Shown: positions 46,759 through 62,484, counted from the stretch's first letter. The stretch: 64,000 nucleotides of DNA from Zygnema circumcarinatum SAG 698-1b (GCA_037447605.1 CM074808.1:3100001-3164000); one strand, 5' to 3'. Program-made: numbers and translations. The notes: a model not told the origin generated them from the sequence alone.

Positions 46759-49694
46759 CATACACACACACGAATACACACACAAATACAAACTAATACT
46801 GACCTTTGGAACAACGTAACGGAGAAGCTCAAGACTCGCCTTCACCTCCACCCAAAGAGAATCGCCTTCTGGACGGAACGACACAATAGTTCCTGTGCCA
46901 TCCACATGGCCCTGCATGACCGGCAGCGCTCAATGTCAGCATGCAATGCGCAGCACTTCAGGCTCAAATCCCAGCATTTCTACGCAGCAAGAACACCATC
47001 ACACTCAATTACGCTTTCACAGTCATGTGATCCCTCACAAACAAGCTCGTCTATCCAGGTCGTCCGAACTTGTCGCTTTTAGACCAAAATAAAAAATAAA
47101 AACACAAAATCTGCTGATGTAACAGCCTTCTGCCCTGCTGCATTGCTCACCTGTACGAAATGGCCACCCATTCTGCCGTCCGGCGTCAGCGAGCGCTCTA
47201 AGTTGACAGGCGAGCCGGGCCCGACCTGCCCCAGGGACGTCCTCCTCAGAGTCTCCGGCGACAAGCCTGCCCCCCGTGTGGTCTTTCATCCGCCTGTCAG
47301 CAAAGGGGCCCGGCGGCTGCCACCGTCACTCCAACATTGCTTGGAACTTGGAAGGAGTTTCGCACAAACAGTAACATGCTTGAGAGTACTGCATACTCAC
47401 GACCAATGTAATCATGCAGCTTAAGTTTTTCAGCAATATGTAGTCGAAGTCTGTCACCAGTTAGTTTCTACATCAGCTTTTGTATGGTCGAGAGGAGTGG
47501 AAGAGGAAGCTTTTGCTTTAGGTGTTATCTTATCGTGGAAGGTGAGAGTTTGAATCGGAGTAGGCTGGAAGGCGGCCTTACCGACTACAAATGAATCTCC
47601 ATCGAATGACGTGACAGTAAGACAAGTGCCATTTACTGCAATGCTGTCCCCAAGCTGCACACCCTCCACCAAAAATTCTAATGCGTTAAGTTACTTAAAC
47701 AATAATTCTATCAAATCGTACTGGCCATTTTGGACTCTCAACTCACGAAATAAATCACGAAAGTGTGATTCAGTGTTACCAACGGGATCTTAAACCCCAA
47801 ACATAGCTGGAAAACATTGCCCTACCAGGACATCTTCATGCAGGTGGCAGGAAAAGGCCCCAGCATGCCTTTTCCACCTGGACTAAGAGCAAACGCATAC
47901 CCTACATTCCATCAAATGATCAGGTATATCACATTTCTGCGTGCATCACTCCCCTGCAACAACCAGGTGACAAGATCCCAGCTATGCTTCACATCACATC
48001 TGCCAAAGAGCGTAAACTGTCGAATCCGACTAGCTTTAAGTCAGATTTCATGAACAGTTCTTTCCTGTAGGCAAAAATCGGGACACAAGGTGGATGCATA
48101 CACCATTCATTTTGTTTTCAAGACCTTCAGAAAGTGAAAAGTGATTATCGCACCTTTACGCCTTCCAACGTCAACGAAGCTTCTACTGTGAGCTCGACCG
48201 AGCCATTAACTTCTTCCAGCTTTCGTACACAGCCCAGCTCCTCCACTATTCCTGCAGCACTATGACATAAAACTCTGATGCATCAACATAATGATTCGTT
48301 CAAAAAGCCATTACGTAGCTGTAGTGAAAAAACCGCTCGAGAACAAATGCGGTACAAAACGGGAAAAGAATGCAACCCAAATGTTCTATTGTACTACTCG
48401 AAACATAAATTAACTAAATATTTACAGTATTGTTCAATAACTTGTCCATAAATCAATTATGTTGTGGTTAGACAAAAATTTATTCGTCGTTGATGGTTCA
48501 AGTCATTGCTTCTCACATGCTTTAATTCAATCTAATGCAGCTCCGTAAGACAGAGAGGATAAGCTGCAAATCAAACAACGAAAAATCCTGAACATGCAAC
48601 TGTAATGAACGACTTTTATCGAGCATGTATCCTGAACGGCTTTGACCGATTTCCATGAACAGTATTAGAACTAAGTTTCTAATATCAATCACCATAAGAG
48701 TCCTCGACCTAGGGGATTGCAAAGCTACCTGTGAACAAAGCGGTGATAGCCATTCTTTCTCGCCCACGATTCTTATTTGTGATTTGCAGTCCACGAGGGG
48801 AGCTTTTCAACACGAGCTCCTGCGGAAGGAACCTGCTGGTGAAAATGCCTCGCTCTGCACTTTGTCCAGAAAAACTGATACAAAAAAGGACAACAAAACA
48901 AAGGGAAAGACGAATACAAGTCAACAGAGGTGCAATCAGAATGGCCTCTATCTGGCCTCTATCTAATCGGCCCTAAGCGGGCTATCAAAATAGATTAGAA
49001 GCACATGGACTGTAAACAAAATGCTTTAATTCTGCAATTGCTACACGCTCCATAGGGGAGTGAACCAATTCCAGTTCCTATTCCAACAGCAACACTGACA
49101 GCTGGTCGAGTGCGTGGCCGAATTGGCTGTACCTCCTAGCAAGTGAAGTAGAAATTGAACTGCTTGCGCATTGTACACGACTTCCTGCACAAGAAAACAG
49201 TAGCGCAGTTAGTTTTGGAGTCCTAATCCCACTTTTACGCGTCAATATCAATAGCATTCTCTTGCAAGTCAGCCTGGAGAGGATACAATTCCACATTCCA
49301 CATTTCTCCAACTTTTTTATCGACAGAAAAGTCGGACCTGCTCGTTTCTTGTATTCTCAACAGCCTTTACAGCCCCTTCATCAGCCAAACAAAAGCACAG
49401 ATTACAGCCCATACATCATCTGAGAATTCCGGTCGGACTAACAGCATCTCTGAGCCATTGATTCATTCTAGCTCTACTGAATTCAACCGGTCCGCTTTGG
49501 TGCAAACGCATTAAGCTCTGCACCATTTTGACATAAATTGAAACAGAACGCGTCGATTGTACAAACCTCACGTTCTCCATCGCAAGTATTCTGAATTCTA
49601 GCGAAGCTGGTTGAAAGCAGCACGCTGCATACCTGCTCGCTCGCTGCTGCTCTGTGGAGAGGAGAGCCCCGCTCCTCCTGCTACTGGAGCCCAT
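45461..49694 (-). CDS. ribE: Riboflavin synthase (alpha chain) with N-terminal transit peptide
   Basis: ALFTG|IVEELG...EGVK|[14 protein letters not shown]...|[12 protein letters not shown]...VNLERSL...RMGGHFVQ|GHVDGTG...YVVPK|[12 protein letters not shown]...|[10 protein letters not shown]...GDKVNL|[12 protein letters not shown], stop at 45461-45463. The 5' exons and start codon are uncertain. Confidence 0.92.
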
Positions 49695-50224
49695 GGCTGC
49701 CGGCAGTAAAAGGCCTCCATCCTGCTCCACCCTCCTCCACCCTCCTCCACCCTCCTCCACCCTCCTTGCCTACTCCCTTCCTTCCCCCCCTCTCCTCTCT
49801 CCCCGCTTTCCCTCTCTCTTTCTCTTTCTCTCTCTCTCTCTCTCGCTGACCTCCCGCCGGCCTCTCTCCCCCTTTTCCCTTCACGACCGCACCGGAAACT
49901 AAAATGTTCGTCGTACCGTAAAGGTTCACCAAATCGATACACATTCTGAATTTTATTTTTATTTTTTCATTTGCCCGTCTCTGCTTAAAAGTTGTTTTTA
50001 TGACGAAAGCACGCACAAAGAAGGCGTCCTATTGGCTCTTTGGAAGAGATTTTTTTTTTTCCCATCAAATTTCAGCGTTCTGGCGTTCTAAATTTTTTGA
50101 GAAAAACATTTTGCGTTTAACAAAAAAATATCTGAACAGGATTTATTGTAATAAATTACTTTCCTGTCCTATCAATGAAACGGAAACCACGGAATGGGCA
50201 GGTCTCTGATCTCCAAGGCGTAGA

Positions 50225-50278
50225 CCAATGAGAGATTGCCACGTATGCATGATGATACACGTGGCGTTCTATGAGTGG
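50225..50278. promoter_or_regulatory. CCAAT/ACGT dyad element in the riboflavin synthase|BSD2 divergent region
   Basis: CCAAT-N9-CCACGT-N14-ACGTGG-N9-AGTGG; one mismatch. Confidence 0.65.
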
Positions 50279-50399
50279 CCCAATTTGGACAGAGTTTTCC
50301 CCACTATGGAGTCCCCCCATAACATATGAAAGAGGCACGAGGGTTTTTGGAAGAATCTCAGAGAAAGGGGCTTCCTATTCGGATCATTTTATCCAGGAC

Positions 50400-50403
<4 letters not shown>

Positions 50404-50474
<71 letters not shown>
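50404..50474 (+). repeat. (CT)n microsatellite in the BSD2 5' region; another (CT)n(CA)n at about 46706-46770
   Basis: Directly visible. Confidence 0.95.
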
Positions 50475-50477
<3 letters not shown>

Positions 50478-50503
50478 TGCCTTTCGCCTGCGAGGTAGCA
50501 ACC

Positions 50504-52303
50504 ATGGCGGCCGCTGCTTCTGCTGTGTCGAACTCCCTGACTTCCTCGTTCGTCGCTCCTCCTTTGAGAACTTCAGAAGAATCCAATGCTCTTAACTGCG
50601 CCACAAGGACATCTCAGCCAAAGTCTTCGAATAGATTGCAGTCAGTTGTTACTTCTAGAATATCGCTAGAGCCATTTCGCAGGAAAGGGAGGCTTGTATC
50701 CTGCAAGGTAATGCTGTTCGTTTTCTTGCACCGTGCTTCCCCATGTTTTATGGAATCGTGGTTTATTTCTTGAAGACCATGCCTTAGAAAACTCTGAGGC
50801 ACGGACTGGAGCATCGTTTGGAACATACGCAGCCTCTCGCATGGATGGTCTTTGCGTGTCTCGCATGGATGGATATGATTTGGATGTGATTAACTGGTTC
50901 AGGCTTGACATAACCGCTGAGGCTTTGGGTTACTGGGAGATTGTAATGTGTGGTTGGGCATGGACGTACGGTATTGTGCACGGCCGATCTTTGTTTGTTC
51001 ATGCGCTGATATGGACTCTGTGTCACAGGACGGTATAATTATCAGAAGTAATGCATAGGCAACTCAAGCGAGTCATTTGCTGACCTCCAGGGAATGCTAC
51101 GTATGAGATGAATGTGTCTGAGCTGAATGTAATTATTATGCAGTGAGGTCAGCTTTCAGCCTCTGCTGGTATGAAGAAGCGGCCGACTCAGGTGGATCTG
51201 GCAGGCTTGCTAGTATTCTCCCTGGAGTTCATCATCGTTGACATGTTGTTCCTACGTGATGCAGGTGAACAAGGACAATGTTCCATTAGGCACGGCGTCA
51301 GGGGTTGAAAGGAAAAGCATTCTCTGCGCGGATTGCGATGGGAATGGTGGGTACCTTGAACTTTATTATTCAGAGATTTATGCCAGTGTTTCTGCAGATG
51401 ACTTCGAAGTACTAATCAAACGTCAGATTTGTGAAAAAAATTGTACAAACGTCGAATCTGATAATATAATAACTATAAGGGATGTGATGAACACATGTTT
51501 GCATATGGATTGGTAGCTGAAAAGTTCCACTGATTTCTCTCGATTCACCGAACTACAGGCCTGGTTTCTATAATTTGTTGCCTAATTCTTAGTTTTGCTG
51601 TACGCATTGTTGGCTTTCATAAAAGTGGCTCCCATCTGACGGCACGCGTCGCTATTTCTATGGTTTTTTTTTTAAATTTCGTTCGGCCAGGAGCTGTTTT
51701 ATGCAATCAGTGTCATGGCGATGGCCTCAATACGGAGGATCATTTCCAGGGTCGCTTCAAGGCTGGCACCACCTGCTGGTTGTGCAGGTATCACAGTCAT
51801 GGCCTTGTGGACTCCTGCGCTGTTAGATGATGTTTGACGAGCTTTAATGATCATAAGATACGCCCTTGAGTCGGATGTAACACCTTAGCAAGGATAGGAA
51901 TGTTTGTTTTGGTTATGCAGGCATGCTCAAGGTACTTTCTTTGGGAAAAAACTCACATCTGTTTGCTGTTACACATTCTCATTTTTATGCTTGTTCCAAT
52001 TTTGTGAATGCGACGTTACTCAATGTTACCAGCATTAACAGCCGGAGTTTGCAGTTGATTAGTGTAATCGGGGTTCGTCGTTTTGTTTGGTAAGCGTTTG
52101 CACGAAGATAGAGGTTACTAATGTCAACTACATAATAAGAGGCATTCATCCCTGCAGACAGTTTCATTTTAGTGTGCTTCGCACGTTTGACATTGATTCT
52201 GTTGATTCTCGGCCTGGTGTTCAGGGGGAAACGACAAATGTTGTGCGGAAGCTGCAATGGAGCAGGTTTTGTCGGAGGCTTTATGAGCGCAGCAGATGAC
52301 TAG
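50504..52303 (+). CDS. BSD2: BUNDLE SHEATH DEFECTIVE 2, DnaJ-like zinc-finger Rubisco chaperone
   Basis: Exons 50504-50707 (transit peptide), 51265-51346, 51691-51787, 52225-52303: LCADCDGNG|AVLCNQCHGDGLNTEDHFQGRFKAGTTCWLCR|GKRQMLCGSCNGAGFVGGFMSAADD*. Confidence 0.93.
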
Positions 52304-52511
52304 TTAAGAAGCAGTAGTGCAGTAGGTTGATATGAACCACCCCCCTGGTGTTAGTTCATCGATTGTTTCCAGGTTTAAGGTGAGTTAGAAACCATCGATA
52401 TGAGAAACATTCTCACACGAAGCCGTAGAGTGCGTAGTGGTAGACTGAGCCCGTAACATATATGTTCTATTTTAAGTTTTGTTTGGTATGATTTTACGGT
52501 TCTCTGAGCTA

Positions 52512-54508
52512 CTAACTTGTACACCTTCCTCCGTGAGATTTCATAATCAATTTGGGTTCTGTTGCCATCGGGTCATCTCTCCCGAAGCAATGGCCAATAG
52601 CACGATGGAAACACGGCATGGAGGCCCCCAGGGCGGGAGGAGATGCAGGGACAGAGAGACATGAGAAGCGGGCACCCAGTTTTGCTAAGTTTAATGGGGT
52701 TATGTGGCGGAAGCACAGGAAATCTTGCAGGGAATTTGAGTTTCTTGGTAAGAACGGAGCCAGAACGGGCAACTGCACCAAGAGCAGGTCGCAACGGACA
52801 GGAATGACTCCAAGTTCGGAGAGCATCTTCGCTTGAAGTGGCTCGACCCTGATAGGAAAGGGCTGATATGCGTAACCTTTTGGTCGATGAAGAAAATAAT
52901 TAACGGCACTTGTAAACTTTGTAACGATTGAAATGAGCAGTTCTGACTGATCTCCCTTCTTGCTACTTGTCATGCAAGCTTTTTTTTTTTTTTCACCCCA
53001 CAAACTTGACAGCACGGTTGACACAAGCACCAGCACTGACTTGTCCTTACATGGCTAAAGCCCTGGCGGCACCAGTCAAGTCATTCCAGCGTAGCACCAG
53101 TGGAGTGATGTTGTGCAGCATGTCAACTGGAAGCGCACTGTCAGGCGTTGCAAAATTCCTCGAAGGGTCAGATATAGCTCTTCCCGACGTCGAAGTATGG
53201 CAAACAAGTGCATTTCCATAGTCCCCACCCGTTTCCAGTCGTTGCCAGTGCCAGTCTCCCAATTAATGACGGCTACTGATACAACGTTTTTGGAAGCTCA
53301 ACTTTTTGCATCGTTCTGGAAAAGGATTGGAGAGAAGCAAATTAGTTAAAGGTGGGACAGCATAAGCAGAGGCGAAATCCTATGTCTGATTTCAAATAAT
53401 GTCGTCCTTCCCCCGTTTCGTTTGTCACCCTTTCAGTTGGTTCAATTCAGAAAATGTAAGTGAATCATTAATTCAATTCTACAGTTCCACCACTTAAAAG
53501 GGCTCAAAATGTTTAATACGCCTATTGCCGTATGAAGTGTTCTTCTATATTGGACAATAATGAGGCTACCTGCTTTCAGGATTGATCAATGGCAATGTAC
53601 TATACAAAAAAAACTATTTACAATGGTAGCTTTCTTTGGAAAAACTTCTTCCTCCGTTCCCGTCCAATACCGTGCCCTCACTCTTCTGGCTCAAGATGTC
53701 CTGGAAGCGGCGCAGGGCGATACCCTGTCAATCTCTGTTCAAGGAAACAGAGACAATCAAACAAAGCTCATTTGTATTAGTTCTACAAGAAAGCAGGACC
53801 TCTCTATAGCTCAAAACGAAGGTCGAATGTTCCTTCCTGGTGTGCAGATGCTGTAACAAATCTTCTTTTTTTCGCTGAAAAGTATCGCTTTGTGCAAAAA
53901 CGAAGATTTTCTTCGGTTTCACCAATTAACAAGCCAGCATATACGAAATACAATGCACAAAACATATACCTGAAATTCTGACGGTGTCGAGACAGAATCT
54001 AAAATTCGCAGAGCTGACGTGACCTCGACATCGCGGTCATCTGCGAGCAAGGATAGGCGTCGCGCCCTCTTGGTTGATGCGTCGGACATCTCTGCAGTCG
54101 ACGTGCTTGCTGTCCATTGTCTGCTTCCTTCGCTGCTGGCCGCAGAGGTTGCAGCCATGAGACGCTCACAGATGTGACAAGGGAGCGGTGCTTGCTGGCT
54201 GTTCATTGCAAGTTTTTGCAGATATTCTGCAGATCCTTGTTTGATGTTCAGGAATACAGAAAGTTTCCGATGTAATCAGGATTTAACTCAATACGGTCAT
54301 TCAGTAGTAGCAGTCCTGCTTGCAAAATATGTTTTATTCCTCTCTTCACCCTAAAACCCGCAAGGACGATGCAGCGATCAGCAGAAATGTATGCGAGTTT
54401 CAGTTGACATTTGTCACTGCTCCGCTCTTTGCTACAAGCTGCAATGACGCTGTAAAAAGAATGCTTTGGAAGTGCAGTGCAAGAGAGCTGGCGGCCGGCG
54501 GCAACCAT
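52512..54508 (-). CDS. Probable multi-exon hypothetical gene; structure unresolved
   Basis: Exon-like segments with splice signals (e.g. EYLQKLAMNS...STPSEFQ|gtatat at about 54230-53970; ...ARALAM|gtaagg at about 53050) and a perfect dyad element 90 bp upstream. I could not build a consistent spliced ORF. Confidence 0.3.
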
Positions 54509-54595
54509 TTGTCTGCTCGTGGCTGGCAGGAATTTTGGCAGTTTGGCTTTGGCTGCAAAACTTTGGGCGGGACTCCAGAGTCAGCGTACACCCGC

Positions 54596-54649
54596 CCAAT
54601 CACATATTGCCACGTCAGAAGTTGTGCAAACGTGGCAAGTCGTGATTGG
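54596..54649. promoter_or_regulatory. Perfect CCAAT/ACGT dyad element
   Basis: CCAAT(54596)-cacatattg-CCACGT-cagaagttgtgcaa-ACGTGG-caagtcgtg-ATTGG(54649); all 22 specified positions match. Confidence 0.7.
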
Positions 54650-54816
54650 CTCGCGCTCGCTCGCTTTTTCTCAATTGCCCTCCAGTTGACCGTCACGTGT
54701 GCGCTTGTTCTGCAAACGGTTCACATGCGGTGCCGTACAGTGCAGCGTTCTGCCGTAGACTGAAGGAGCTTTGCTGACGGCGGGAAAGTTTGAAAGCAGT
54801 TTTTTGTCGGAATTTC

Positions 54817-55160
54817 CTATTTACACAATTAAGGGGAGTCAGACCTTGACCATCGCTTACGAAATTCCCGAATTCCTTTTACTAAAAGTCACTTCTTTCG
54901 TGTACGAATTCCTGGTCGGGATCCGCGGCTCCGCCCTATACAGCCGTACCGAAATGCGTACCTAGTCAATGCTGAATTCGCCCGACAGGCTTACGAAATT
55001 GATTTGGCGATTGTCAAGGTCTGACTCCCCCTATTTTTTTGGCTAGATTCGCACCTTTAAAACGAAAAAAAAAAATCTGAAAAGGCAAAAAACCTTAAAA
55101 TCAAATCTGACCGGGGGAAAAGGTGTGAATCTAGCCAAAAGTGCTGTGTAAATAGACCCT
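54817..55160. mobile_element. Short TIR element (host of the nested MITE), left end eroded
   Basis: After removing 54832-55033, the left arm CTATTTACACaatTAttttttGGCTAGATTCgCACCTTT pairs with the right arm AAAGGTGtGAATCTAGCCaaaagtgctGTGTAAATAG (55118-55155). Confidence 0.6.
54832..55031. mobile_element. MITE, 200 bp, TA TSD, related to the 16601-16757 element
   Basis: TIR GGGGAGTCAGACCTTGAC(c/a)ATCGC at both ends, TA at 54830-54831 and 55032-55033, and internal CTTACGAA repeats (= TTCGTAAG of the other copy). Confidence 0.8.
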
Positions 55161-56188
55161 ATGATTGAATACAGTACCCTTTACTGTAACTAATTATTAG
55201 TCAAAGAAAAGATGTTTGTTTGAACTCACGATGGCAAGGCCATCAAATGTACGTCAAAGTCAAGGGCCAAGCTGATAAAGTCAAGGTCTGGTCTGGTCTG
55301 GTCTGGTCCGGTTCGGCCTGCTCATCTTGTATGGCAGTTTGGGCAAGTTCTTCAGATTTGCGGTATTTGGTTCCATGTTGAGGCAAGGCGGCGGGGTTCC
55401 ATTGGAAATTGGACCAACCTTCCAGACTATGGTCAACATTTGGTTCCAAGCCATAGAATATTCGCTTGACTTACGAAGATTAGCTTGTCAAGACTTGTCA
55501 ATAAACTTGGTATTCGTTATACTAGGGGGTAGGGTTCAGACTACCCCCACTACTTAAGGTAAAAAGAAAAATGAAAATGTAAAGATTGGCATGGATGAAA
55601 TGAATTAGTGTCGTTCTCAAATCAATACAAAGTTAGAAACAAGGCTACGACTAAGACTAACTAGACTAATACTGACTAACCAAGACTGACTACAACTCTC
55701 GCCCCATCATGGAGACGCACCCTTAATACTATGTTAAGGCTGACGTCACAAAACGGATTTTTTTTTACTGTGACGCAATGGCGGCCCAACGACCCGTCCC
55801 CGACGAAGATTCCCAAAATCTAAGTCCCCAACTTGGAAGATATTTTGGACCCCCAGCGGAAGGCAGCACCAGACGCCGCCACGTGGCGTCACGTGTCGGT
55901 GCTGGAATCTCCTTCCCGCTCTTCTTGGAGCCAAGAATCCCAGAGCCCACCAATCAGGAGGAAAACGGGCAGAAATAAAAACGTTTGCATTCAAGTTCAA
56001 ACTCTGCGCCTCCCGACATTTGGCACGGACAAAATTTTGCGGAGCAGAGGTGGCGCCCTTTAATTGGGCTCTTGTTTGAAGAATTTCTGCTCCTGGAACT
56101 GCCCGGAGCTCCCGCGTCCTGCCCGGCTGCCGCTTGGAGCGGTCCGGCCTCTCCGCTTGTCGAAAACATTGCAGTACTGGAGCATCCT

Positions 56189-56241
56189 CCAATGGCAGCA
56201 AGTTACGTAGCACCTTTTCTTACGTGGCACGTTGTGATTGG
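56189..56241. promoter_or_regulatory. CCAAT/ACGT dyad element upstream of GapCp
   Basis: CCAAT-N9-TTACGT-N13-ACGTGG-N9-ATTGG, about 295 bp upstream of the ATG. A tandem G-box pair lies at 55878-55896. Confidence 0.6.
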
Positions 56242-56534
56242 ATAATGGCTAAGCTGGGCCACGCGACCTTGCCCAGCTTCCACCAGTTTTTGGGAGTAAT
56301 CTTGTACTTGGAGAAGTACCTTGTGCCGGGCGAAAGCTTGCGTGGAGAAACATTGTCACCAAAATTTGCATCTTGAAGAACTTTTGCTCCGCAAAAGCTT
56401 GATACTGTACTCTCTAGAAAAGCCAAAGTCCCAGTTTGCTGGCTGGCTGGCTGGTCTTGAAAAGAAGCTGCACCCTTCGGTCTCGCTTGGAGCGACCATA
56501 TCCGAAAGTTCCGTTAGTTTCTGGAGTGGGAGCT

Positions 56535-60303
<3,769 letters not shown>

Positions 60304-61488
60304 ATCAAATGGATGTTGCCTGTACACTACGGGGCCCTGCGGGTGTGTCTGCTTGGGATTGCTGTCGCCTGCACCATGTGGCCAACGAATGCTCACTGCC
60401 GGGCTAATAATCGGAAGACTACTGATGAAAATTTCCTTATTTTCCGAACCCTCTTGGAGTTTCCTTCGGTGTTTTTTTTTCTTTTTTTTTCTTTCATGGT
60501 TCGGTGTAAATGTTCATAACACGGCAGCCAACAGAGCAGAGTGACGTTGTAGCTGGTCAGTAAAAAAAATGTTTTCTTTTTTCGACTTCAAAGTTGCATC
60601 TGTTGAAAATTTATGGCTGCCCATAAGTCTACCGTTGCTTGACTTTGTTGCAAAACTAGTCACGGTATGGCAAATTAATCCAAACGTAAGAATTAGTGGC
60701 GAACGAAATCATTCTCGTCGGTTAAAGTAAGCAAAAAGCTATTCGCAAAGATCATGGTGATGAAATAAAAAAAAAAAAAAAAAAGTCATAGTCATTTTTC
60801 TTTGCAGCCTACTTGTAGGAGCTTAGGACTTACCTAATAAAGGGAAATCCGGATTTTTAACATTAAGAAATGTCTATATCAAAGCTGTTGGCTTTACGCA
60901 AGTGCCATTGTGGCACGCAGCTGAATGACGTGAGAGTCGAGTTGTGCAAACGGTGGTAATGTTTGCAAGAGAAGCAAAGCGCTATTTCTAAAAGAAAGTG
61001 TGAGTTTGACGCCAGAATTCCCCAAAGGGAAAACAAAGTCAGCTGCGTGGTTATGCACCCTCCACTCTTGAAATCTAAGCAAGAAAGACACGATATAACA
61101 CGGTAGACATCGCCATCACGAATTTCCTTTCATCGTGAAGAAAAATTAGAGAGGAAAAAAAAAAAATGTGTCAACTTTGTTCATCTCGCCCTAAATGTAT
61201 CTAGACTCCGCCTCTCTCCAACAATTAGCCACTCGACAAACAACCTCTGACTGCCTCTGGTCTTACGAATCACATCGACAAAGCATATTCCTTATTCACT
61301 CGTGAGCCGCCGGACGGCGAACGATGCTGCCTTCTCGCGCACGCCAAGCGCGNNNNNNNNNNCCCCCCCCCCCCCCCCTTGAAAGGCCCCTCGCTCAGCC
61401 ATCTCTTACCTCTCTCCCTCTCCTTCCCTTCCCCTCCCTCGTCCTTCGCGCAAACAGGCGCTATTGCGACCCCCCTGCTCTTGCCGCC

Positions 61489-61671
61489 ATGGCGTCTACA
61501 TCAATGTTCCTTGCTTTCCTTCTCCTTTTGCGTACCTTTGGCACGTGCTGACGTCTCCTACTCTAAGAATCTTGCTAAAGGCAAGACAACCGTGGAAACA
61601 GATGACCTGAGCCGATTTCAACGCTTGTATACTTACCACAACAAAGCGAGAAGAAAAGACATAAACAAAAG
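61489..61671 (+). pseudogene. Putative first exon of a secreted protein, interrupted by a 1-bp frameshift (pseudogene or assembly error)
   Basis: gccATGg start. Deleting one T from the TTTT at 61526-61529 gives MASTSMFLAFLLLCVPLARA-DVSYSKN...DINKR followed by a strong AG|GTAAGA donor. As assembled it stops after 20 codons. Confidence 0.35.
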
Positions 61672-62215
61672 GTAAGAAAATTGCTAAAAGTGCACGTACA
61701 ATACAATTCAAATACACACTCCAAATGCGCAAGAAAAACACAAAACGATTTCGAAAACAATGAAAATAAGCAAAGTGTCACGATACCCTCTACAATAATA
61801 AGCGCATTCTAAGCATAAAAAAAAGCCAGAACAACTACAACATATAATGAACTCACCAATAATATTGCTGGTCTGCAATAACTCCAGATTCGTTCTGTGA
61901 ACGTATCTTGATTCTAGAATTGTGATTTAATCGTCAATCGTAAGGTCGCCTACATACCATGCAACAAATGAACAAGTCAAGTTTTATAAGAGTTCTTGTC
62001 AAAACAGAGCAAAATCTCATTGGAACACCCAAAAACCTTCTTTTTTCTTTTATAGACTTTCTCTCTTACAAAAGAAAGTCATCAAAGTGATACAAAGGAA
62101 AGAAGTAGATGCTTACAAACTTTCAACGAAAAATCTTACAATAATTATCGTTGTTACTATCAAACAAGGAAAAAAGTTACAACCAAAAAACAACAGAGCT
62201 CACCTGTTTTCACGA

Positions 62216-62270
62216 AAGTTGCCTTGCCGAAGTTGCCTTGCCGAAGTTGCCTTGCCGAAGTTGCCTTGCC
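62216..62270 (+). repeat. 14-bp tandem repeat AAGTTGCCTTGCCG, about 4 copies
   Basis: Directly visible. Confidence 0.9.
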
Positions 62271-62484
62271 TTCAACAAGATTCTCAGTGCCAAAAGCACG
62301 CAAAAAAAAAAAAACAAACCAAAAACTTCGATGCAAACGCCATGGCGAGAGGTCGCAGCAACGCGTACTTACGCGAAAGAAGAGGGATAGAGAGGGAAGG
62401 AAATGGAGAGAGGTGAGGGCTAAGCCAAGGGCCTCTCAAGGGGACGGGAGCTAGCGTGCGCGAGAATGCAATCACGTTCGCCGT

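Noticed and set aside
45461-50224. Possible FMN/TPP riboswitch near riboflavin synthase
   Set aside because: No conserved aptamer motifs were recognisable by eye in the UTRs or introns. An Infernal/Rfam scan would settle it.
55746-56213. 155-aa minus-strand ORF between the MITE cluster and GapCp
   Set aside because: It overlaps G-boxes and the dyad element, has no recognisable domain, and is best explained as promoter sequence.
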